This document shows positions 35,576 to 42,624 of a stretch of 42,624 nucleotides of DNA, piece after piece. Each line of letters starts with the position of its first letter. Position 1 is the stretch's first letter. The translations under genes were made by a program, and so were the position numbers. Source of the stretch: Alphaproteobacteria bacterium. Lineage in GTDB: Bacteria; Pseudomonadota; Alphaproteobacteria; Rs-D84. The notes beneath the pieces were generated by a model that searched no databases, had not been told where the DNA came from, and saw only the letters and a program-made list of their open reading frames with translations. Location of the stretch: the NCBI GenBank assembly GCA_016927395.1, contig JAFGMU010000020.1, positions 1 to 42,624 of the forward strand, read 5' to 3'.

Positions 35576-36741
35576 TGGTACTGCGTACGATTGAAAATTT
35601 AGATGTTAAAGGTAAATTTATTTTGCTGCGTGATGATTTTAATGTTCAAATTATTGATGGCAAAATTACAGATGGATTCAGAATTGATCAAAGTATGCCA
35701 ACTATTGATAAATTAAAAAGAGCTGGTGCAAAAATTGCAATTTGTGCACATTTGGGTCGACCAAAAGGTTTGCGTGATATGAAATTTACTCTAGCTCCTA
35801 TTGCCCAGTATATGAAAATTCCTTTGGTTACAGATTGTCTGGAAAAAGATTTTATGAAAGATATGAAAGATGGTGATGTTGTTCTGTTGGAAAATGTCCG
35901 ATTTTATCCAGGTGAAGAAGAAAATAATCCAGAATTTTCGTCAAGGTTAGCATCCGGATTTGATATTTTTGTAAATGATGCATTCGCAGTCAGCCATCGT
36001 GCACATGCAAGTACAGTTGGTGTTACAAAATTTTTACCATCTTATGCGGGTGAATTGTTGATGTCTGAAATTGAAAATTTGAATAATTTGATGGAAAATC
36101 CAAAACGTCCATTATTATCAATCGTGGCAGGCGGCAAACTTTCTACAAAAATTGGTGTTTTGAAATCTTTAATAAAACTGTCGGATAAATTGATTGTTGA
36201 TGGAATGATTGGTACAGCATTTGCGGTTTCTGGTGGTGCAAATGGTGGTGATTTCAAAGTTGACGCGGAAACTTTGCAGGCTGCGCGGGATTTAACTGAA
36301 TTTGCAAAGCAAAATGATTGTGAATTATTTATACCAATTGACAAAGGTGTCGGAAAAGAGTTTTCACGCGATGCCATTCGTGTAAACAAAACTTTTTCAG
36401 AAATACAAAGTGATGACGTGATTATGGATTCCGGAATTGAAACAACTAAACGCAACATACAGATAATTGAAAGTGTCAGAACGGTTTTGTGGAACGGGAC
36501 ATTGGGAATGGCCGAGTGGGGTGATGTATGGGGACAGTCCACATTTGAAATCGCGCACGCAATTGCAAAGCAAACCAGTAATGGTAGTTTAGAAAGTATA
36601 ATTGGTGGTGGTGATACGGTTACTGCATTGGAAGTTGCAGGGGTAAAAAATGATATGACATACGTATCTACTGGTGGCGGAGCATTTTTGGAATTTATCG
36701 AAGGAATCAGTCTGCCTGGTATAAAAGTTTTGGAATCATAA
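35575..36741 (+). CDS. pgk: Phosphoglycerate kinase
   Basis: RDDFNV, HLGRP, LLENVRF, VNDAF..HRAHAS, GGGDT, STGGGA.LEF. Confidence 0.97.
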   Translation: MVLRTIENLDVKGKFILLRDDFNVQIIDGKITDGFRIDQSMPTIDKLKRAGAKIAICAHLGRPKGLRDMKFTLAPIAQYMKIPLVTDCLEKDFMKDMKDGDVVLLENVRFYPGEEENNPEFSSRLASGFDIFVNDAFAVSHRAHASTVGVTKFLPSYAGELLMSEIENLNNLMENPKRPLLSIVAGGKLSTKIGVLKSLIKLSDKLIVDGMIGTAFAVSGGANGGDFKVDAETLQAARDLTEFAKQNDCELFIPIDKGVGKEFSRDAIRVNKTFSEIQSDDVIMDSGIETTKRNIQIIESVRTVLWNGTLGMAEWGDVWGQSTFEIAHAIAKQTSNGSLESIIGGGDTVTALEVAGVKNDMTYVSTGGGAFLEFIEGISLPGIKVLES

Positions 36742-36743
36742 AT

Positions 36744-36770
36744 AAAAAACCGCCAATATGGCGGTTTTTT
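36744..36770. terminator. Intrinsic terminator after pgk (bidirectional form)
   Basis: AAAAAACCGCCA-ATA-TGGCGGTTTTTT. Confidence 0.88.
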
Positions 36771-37093
36771 ATCGAATTTTTATCCTATAATAATTAAAAA
36801 TATTTTCTAAATAGAAATTGGGAATAAATACATTGTATTAATAATTGATAAAAATACATTTTTTGTCGCCGCCATGGTAAACAGATTAAGAAATTGCTCC
36901 ATTTTGTGTTTTTTTAATACCATATTATTTATTTGTCAATTTATATATAAATTAAAAGTAAAAATGGTATATAAATCATTACTAATTATATCACATCACT
37001 TGTATTTTTTCAAAAAATACCCATATATATGATAAATTCGCGAATCGGATTTTTGTGTGATATTATTTGCAATAAGTATAAAGGATTTAAAAA

Positions 37094-37675
37094 ATGGCTT
37101 TGATTCCAATGGTTATAGAAGAGTCTCCACGTGGTGAACGTTCGTTTGATATTTATTCCAGATTACTTCGTGATCGTATAATTATGTTGCAGGGCGAAAT
37201 TGAGCCAGGTATGGCAAATATAATCGTTGCACAATTATTATTATTGGAATCTGAAAACCCAAATGCTGATATTTCATTGTATATAAACAGTCCTGGTGGG
37301 GATGTTACAGCTGGATGGGCAATTATGGATACTATGAATCATATTAAATCGCCGGTTTCGACGATTGGTATGGGATTGGTTGCATCTATGGGTGCAGTAT
37401 TATTGGCCGCTGGTGAAAAGGGTAAAAGATTTTCTTTGCCAAATACAAATATTATGATACATCAACCATCTGCCGGAACACGTGGACAAGTGACAGATAT
37501 GGAAATTCATGTTAAACAGTTCCAAAAGAATAAAGTAGCATTAACAAAGCAAATGTCTGAATTTACAGGAAGAAAAGAAAAAGAAGTTTTTGATGCAATG
37601 GAACGTGATAATTTTATGACACCAGAAGAAGCAAAAGCATTCGGTTTAGTTGATGAAATTTTACAGAAAAAATAA
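37094..37675 (+). CDS. clpP: ATP-dependent Clp protease proteolytic subunit
   Basis: [18 protein letters not shown] (Ser), IHQP (His), ERDNF (Asp). Confidence 0.98.
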   Translation: MALIPMVIEESPRGERSFDIYSRLLRDRIIMLQGEIEPGMANIIVAQLLLLESENPNADISLYINSPGGDVTAGWAIMDTMNHIKSPVSTIGMGLVASMGAVLLAAGEKGKRFSLPNTNIMIHQPSAGTRGQVTDMEIHVKQFQKNKVALTKQMSEFTGRKEKEVFDAMERDNFMTPEEAKAFGLVDEILQKK

Positions 37676-37715
37676 AATTAACTCTCTTTGTAATTTAATT
37701 TGATGAGGGATTAAA

Positions 37716-38990
37716 ATGAGCGACGAAAAAGATAAAAAAATACAAACCCAGAATGAACACGATCCGCAACAAGTTTGCAGCTTTTGCGGCAAGGCTGTGT
37801 ACGAGGTAAAAAAACTTGTTAGTGGCAAAAATGTTTGTATTTGCGATGAATGTATAAATTTATGTAATGACATTATGGCTGATGATATGCGTACCGAAAT
37901 CAGCAAAGATGTTTCTAAATTGCCAGTCCCCAGCAAGATTTATAAATTTTTGAATGAATATATAATTGGTCAAGATGAAGCAAAGCGTACTTTATCGGTT
38001 GCTGTGTATAATCATTATAAACGTCACAGTGCAGCGATTACTTCAAATGTTGAAATTCAAAAATCAAATGTTTTGATGATTGGACCAACTGGTACAGGTA
38101 AGACTTTGTTTGCCCAAACATTGGCAAAAATATTGGATGTACCATTTGCAATTGCTGACGCGACAACTTTGACCGAAGCGGGTTATGTTGGCGAAGACGT
38201 TGAAAGTGTTTTGATGCGTCTTTTGCAAAGTGCAAATTTCGACGTAGAACGCGCCCAAAAGGGAATAATTTATATTGATGAAATAGATAAAATTTCACGT
38301 AAGTCTGAAAACCCATCACTTACACGCGATGTAAGCGGCGAAGGTGTTCAACAAGCACTTTTGAAACTGGTAGAAGGCACAGTTGCGAATGTCCCAGCAG
38401 GTGGTGGTGGTCGTAAACATCCTGGTGAAACTATGGTTCAATTGGATACCAGCAAAATATTATTTATTTGCGGTGGTGCTTTTGACGGTTTGAATAAAAT
38501 AATCGGACACAGAACTTCTGACCGTGGCGGTATTGGTTTTGGTGCAAATGTGCAATCTAAAAAAGAACGTGAAGAAAAAAATAATTTATTCAGTGTTCAA
38601 CCAGAAGATTTAGTAAAATTTGGAATTATTCCAGAATTGGTTGGTCGTTTGCCTGTTATTACTGTGTTAGATAATTTGGATGAAAAATCATTAGTCAGAA
38701 TTTTAACTGAACCAAAAAATGCAATCGTAAAACAGTTCAAAGCGATATTGGAAATGGATGGTGTTAAACTGAACATAACCGATGATGGTTTGACTGAAAT
38801 TGCAAAATTGGCATCCGAAAGAAAAACTGGTGCACGCGGTTTGCGCAGCATTTTGGAAAAGATATTGTTGCAACCAATGTTTGACGCACCAGATAAAGAA
38901 GATTTAAAAGAGATAGTAATCGATGCAGAAGTAGTGCAGGGTAAAAAGCCACCAGTCGAAATACTGGAAGATGCGAAAAAAGCAGCGTAA
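37716..38990 (+). CDS. clpX: Clp protease ATP-binding subunit ClpX
   Basis: CSFC..CDEC zinc finger, [36 protein letters not shown] loop. Confidence 0.98.
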   Translation: MSDEKDKKIQTQNEHDPQQVCSFCGKAVYEVKKLVSGKNVCICDECINLCNDIMADDMRTEISKDVSKLPVPSKIYKFLNEYIIGQDEAKRTLSVAVYNHYKRHSAAITSNVEIQKSNVLMIGPTGTGKTLFAQTLAKILDVPFAIADATTLTEAGYVGEDVESVLMRLLQSANFDVERAQKGIIYIDEIDKISRKSENPSLTRDVSGEGVQQALLKLVEGTVANVPAGGGGRKHPGETMVQLDTSKILFICGGAFDGLNKIIGHRTSDRGGIGFGANVQSKKEREEKNNLFSVQPEDLVKFGIIPELVGRLPVITVLDNLDEKSLVRILTEPKNAIVKQFKAILEMDGVKLNITDDGLTEIAKLASERKTGARGLRSILEKILLQPMFDAPDKEDLKEIVIDAEVVQGKKPPVEILEDAKKAA

Positions 38991-39003
38991 AATAATTTAT
39001 TAA

Positions 39004-39038
39004 AAAAATAAAACCGGAAATATTCCGGTTTTATTTTT
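39004..39038. terminator. Bidirectional intrinsic terminator
   Basis: AAAAATAAAACCGGAA-ATA-TTCCGGTTTTATTTTT. Confidence 0.88.
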
Positions 39039-39050
39039 GAATTTTTATTT

Positions 39051-39797
39051 CTAGAAATGTTTTGATTTCTTAGCTGCGGATACACTTTGCATTTTATCAA
39101 ATAATGTCGCAGCAGCAGCAGTATCAGTCGGATAATCAACACTGGGGACTGTTCCGTTGCGGCCAATCACTTTGTCTGAACCGTTTAATACAACAATTCT
39201 TTTAGGAAGTAAATTATCACCTTCGCATTCAATATAATATTTACTTGGGTCAAAATATTTTCCGTAACAACGTTGATTTACAACGCCGACCCAACCATTT
39301 CTTGCTAAATCTTTGCAAGTTGGTTGTGTACCAGTTTGAATTTCACCGGTCTGAACAGTTTCTGTTGGATTATCCAGAATACCATTGCACCATACGTTAA
39401 CAAAATTACCGTCAACCGACGCCACGCTTCCGTTTGATGAAGTTTTTCTGGCACCAAAACAATCACCATTCAAAATATTTATATCAAAATCAGATTTTAT
39501 TCCCGTTCCATTTGCAATTTGACTTTTTCCCATTGCAACTGGTTCGGAATCGTTTGCAGTTGTAGCTTCTGAGCATATCATTTTCAATCCCCAGCAATTA
39601 CCATTTGCATCCCACATTCCAGTATCAAAACCTGCGCCCATACTGGTATAGCAGTTTGTTGGATTTGTTCTGCAAACTGTTGGCTGTTCCCACCATGGTA
39701 CAGAATTAACAGCAGGTGCAGAAAAAGCAAAACCAAACTCTGTACAAAAAATTCCAAATGTAAAAAATACAGTAAATAATTTTTTCATGGTGTTCAT
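39051..39797 (-). CDS. Secreted Cys/Trp/Gly-rich hypothetical protein (start ATG 39797 or 39788)
   Basis: MKKLFTVFFTFGIFCTEFGFAFS signal; many Cys; own promoter-like TTGCGA-N17-TAGAAT at 39840-39812. Confidence 0.85.
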   Translation of the reverse strand: MNTMKKLFTVFFTFGIFCTEFGFAFSAPAVNSVPWWEQPTVCRTNPTNCYTSMGAGFDTGMWDANGNCWGLKMICSEATTANDSEPVAMGKSQIANGTGIKSDFDINILNGDCFGARKTSSNGSVASVDGNFVNVWCNGILDNPTETVQTGEIQTGTQPTCKDLARNGWVGVVNQRCYGKYFDPSKYYIECEGDNLLPKRIVVLNGSDKVIGRNGTVPSVDYPTDTAAAATLFDKMQSVSAAKKSKHF

Positions 39798-39830
39798 TTT
39801 CTCTCTAGTTGATTCTATCAAATTTTCAGA

Positions 39831-42581
39831 TTAATCGCAAGTTTGTAAAACAGTGAAACTATTATCATTTGTGCAACTACTATAATAATTTGAAAAATTC
39901 GCAGCTGAACATGTGCCACCACTTACAGTTATCCAGGAAGAACATAATGTATTATATTTTCTACGGATTCTAAAACCAGCAGTACCAGTCCAGCTTGTTG
40001 TAAGAGGTGTTTGTGTAGTTGCTGTAAATATTGTTGTTTGTCCGTTACATTCCCCTTGGCATTGATAACTACCAGGCGTACATCCACCAGAACCATCTGT
40101 ACTTGTACCAGAAATACACCTGCAGTTTGTTGTTGCGCAACCGCTGGATACGCCAGTTGAATCAGATGATGCACAGCTGGAATCTGATGCAGAATAATTT
40201 GGGCATATTATAGATGGTTTGACAGAGCAATATCCCCACTTTTTATTTGCACTGGTTTCAGTATAAAATGACTTAAGTATTTTATCAGAAGATACATTAT
40301 TTCCAGGTGTTTCAACCCATATTCCACCAAATCGTTCACACTCTGTAGATAGTTCTTTATTCATAGAAGTTTTTATAGAATCCATGACCACATTAACATC
40401 TGCTAATATACTTGTGGGTATAATATTACTGGATTGAGAAGGTCTTATACATGTTTGTAATGCATACCGAACAACTTTTTGATACAGACTGCCGATATAA
40501 TCAGAACCACAAACCGAAGTTGCATCTGCATCGTTATCAACAATCTTGGCTGGGCTGGTTGTTCCACCAGAACATAAATATCCATCTGGACATGTCAAAC
40601 ATGTATTTCCAGCAACAGGTGTTCCATTATATATATATATACCACCTGAAATTGATGCCATGTAATATCCGTTGTTGCAACTTGTATACTTCATACGAAC
40701 AGGACATGTAAACCCTGGATTATCAGCTTTGTTTTCCCCACCTAATTCACCAGTAAAATTAGTGTCTTCGAAATCTGATGTCTGCGTGCTTGAAAATACA
40801 GCGTTGCATTGTTCAATAGAAGCATATTTTTGTTCGCCAGGTGCATAGGTTTTGCAACCAAATGGAAATCCGTGAACAATGTCATTTGTCGAAACCGAAC
40901 ATATGCTGGTTACATAATCCATAAGAGAACTTTTACAATCTTTTGCAATTTTTTGATCGGTTATATTTTGCATAGTTGTAACAAGTTCACTTAAACCATT
41001 TTCTCCGCCACCATATAAATTACTGCATGCATCCAGTTTTTCTTTGCACATTTCTTCTGATAATTCAAGTCTTGAACCCAGCAACAGTTGTTCTTTTACA
41101 TTACTAAAGTCTTTCAAAGATTTGCTTTGAGAGTCGTAACAACTGTTAACAACGTCAATACATTCATTTTTAACTTGGCGAATACGTTCTTGTTGTCCTT
41201 GATAAATTTCTGATACAGCCTGACGCAAGAATTCATCCCAAACCTCACTTGATAAATCGCTGCAAGTCGAAAGGCCACGTTCAGCAAAGTCTTTCTTTTT
41301 ATTTAATTCGCTTATTAACAATCTGTTTGTTTGATTTGATAAAACATCGCCATCTAATGATGTTTGTAATTCAAGTTGATAAAAATCAGAACTATAAATT
41401 GGTTCACCTGTATCGCTGTTTAAATATTTTCCTGTGATATCCAAACAGTGAACATAATTTTTTCCACAAGCAGAATCTGTTGTTATATCCTTTCTAACTT
41501 GGGCTATGCAATTATTGATAGAAGTGGAATTATGGGCATTATAATTATCTAATCTTGCTTTATTCATTTCGTATTCTGTTTCACGAATTGTTCCAGCAGC
41601 AGTTGTTGTCTGTTTTGATAAAGAATTTGCCAATGCATTGCAATCATTTTCTATGTACATTCCGTATGCAGAAACAACCATGTTCAAAGTTGCCTTGGAT
41701 TCACAACTGTTTGCTGCAAAAGCAACACATTGTGCATGTACAGCATTATAAAGTTTTTCACCAGTAAGATTACTGATATCAGCACCAGCAGCCAAATCAG
41801 TTGTTGACCATATAGAATTTATGTCGCCAGCAATATCCAATTTTCCCTGGGTTGATAATGATTTTGATTTTGTGTTACTTAAAACAGCGCTGATACCATT
41901 CAAAGCCTGTGCACTGCTGGAAGTATCTTTTGCAGAACCAGCAGTTGTTTCACCGGTTGTTGCTGTAAGCATAGATTTAACTTCGTTCCCAGTTTTAGAA
42001 ATCGCATCAATATTTAAATCTTTGAAATCTTGCAATTGTTGTTGAGTTTGTGACAAAACACGTTGTTTGTTTTTTATTTCATCTAATTTAGAAGAACAAA
42101 CACAACGTCTGTATGTTTCATCTTGTTTCGCACAAAATTGATCCATACACGTAAAGTATGAATCACGGCATGCATTATATCCAGTACCAAAAGTTTTGGA
42201 AGTTGATGCTGTATTAGAAGAAACTGCGCTTCTGGAAGTTTGAATTGTTTTTTTTAAAACCGCGCTTCTGTTTTTTGTTACAGGGGTTTTAGAAGATATA
42301 GATGATGTTGAAGCGCGTTTCGAAGATACGTTTCCTGGGGCAACTGATGATCTGGAAACAACATTATCCAAATTACGGTTTGAAACATCACGACTAGTAA
42401 CCGTTGTACCGCTTCTTGGGCTGGTTGTTCTTTCTGATGTCTTTGTAACGCTGGTTGTACTGCTGCGTTGCAAATTAGTGTTGCTTTGACGACTTACAGC
42501 ATTGTTGTCACGCGCAGTGATGGCACCGGCATAACCTGTACTAATAAGGCATAAAAAGATAAAAAATAAAATCTTTCTCAT
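39831..42581 (-). CDS. Large secreted Cys-rich protein, 916 aa; paralog of 11404-14154
   Basis: Signal peptide (..GYAGA/I), Ser/Thr/Arg linker, CRDSYFTCMDQFC..RRCVCS, GEKLYNAV..C, VWDEFLRQ. Confidence 0.9.
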   Translation of the reverse strand: MRKILFFIFLCLISTGYAGAITARDNNAVSRQSNTNLQRSSTTSVTKTSERTTSPRSGTTVTSRDVSNRNLDNVVSRSSVAPGNVSSKRASTSSISSKTPVTKNRSAVLKKTIQTSRSAVSSNTASTSKTFGTGYNACRDSYFTCMDQFCAKQDETYRRCVCSSKLDEIKNKQRVLSQTQQQLQDFKDLNIDAISKTGNEVKSMLTATTGETTAGSAKDTSSSAQALNGISAVLSNTKSKSLSTQGKLDIAGDINSIWSTTDLAAGADISNLTGEKLYNAVHAQCVAFAANSCESKATLNMVVSAYGMYIENDCNALANSLSKQTTTAAGTIRETEYEMNKARLDNYNAHNSTSINNCIAQVRKDITTDSACGKNYVHCLDITGKYLNSDTGEPIYSSDFYQLELQTSLDGDVLSNQTNRLLISELNKKKDFAERGLSTCSDLSSEVWDEFLRQAVSEIYQGQQERIRQVKNECIDVVNSCYDSQSKSLKDFSNVKEQLLLGSRLELSEEMCKEKLDACSNLYGGGENGLSELVTTMQNITDQKIAKDCKSSLMDYVTSICSVSTNDIVHGFPFGCKTYAPGEQKYASIEQCNAVFSSTQTSDFEDTNFTGELGGENKADNPGFTCPVRMKYTSCNNGYYMASISGGIYIYNGTPVAGNTCLTCPDGYLCSGGTTSPAKIVDNDADATSVCGSDYIGSLYQKVVRYALQTCIRPSQSSNIIPTSILADVNVVMDSIKTSMNKELSTECERFGGIWVETPGNNVSSDKILKSFYTETSANKKWGYCSVKPSIICPNYSASDSSCASSDSTGVSSGCATTNCRCISGTSTDGSGGCTPGSYQCQGECNGQTTIFTATTQTPLTTSWTGTAGFRIRRKYNTLCSSWITVSGGTCSAANFSNYYSSCTNDNSFTVLQTCD

Positions 42582-42591
42582 TCTCTGAGGA

Positions 42592-42621
42592 ATGTTAGCA
42601 AAAATATGAAAATCAGAGCAA
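42592..42621 (-). promoter_or_regulatory. Putative promoter of the 916-aa paralog
   Basis: TTGCTC-N18-TAACAT with extended TG, 10 nt before the ATG. Confidence 0.55.
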
Positions 42622-42624
42622 GAA

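Noticed and set aside
11404-42581. Both large paralogs are exactly 916 aa
   Set aside because: Their internal blocks are offset and their C-terminal halves differ, so the equal length looks coincidental.

Overview
An AT-rich bacterial chromosomal window. It is most likely alphaproteobacterial, given a CcrM-type methylase, the RpoA N-terminus and divergent tpiA/ppiD. It resembles the uncultured Rs-D84/'Ca. Enterousia'-type lineages, but that is inference. Bases 1-10.7 kb hold the end of the S10 operon, the spc operon and a split alpha operon (rplP to rplQ). This stretch has an unannotated 52-aa membrane ORF between rplF and rplR, no adk after secY, galE inserted between rpsK and rpoA, and two families of repeated hairpin-plus-SD leaders in front of r-protein genes. 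Bases 11.4-28.2 kb and 39-42.6 kb encode a set of secreted proteins that are mostly Cys-rich and partly paralogous. They have shared Cys modules, glycine zippers, EGF-like repeats and an OmpA/peptidoglycan-binding anchor, and an ankyrin/catalytically dead subtilase/beta-barrel protein lies nearby. Three exact copies of a 20-bp palindrome sit among these genes. This cluster is the best candidate for an undescribed envelope or contact system. Bases 28.6-39 kb are housekeeping genes: grpE, tpiA, ppiD-like, ccrM (with DSPY instead of DPPY), nrdR, slt, rnhB, pgk, clpP and clpX. I saw no rRNA, tRNA, transposase, integrase or cas gene. All calls come from reading the sequence; no searches were run.
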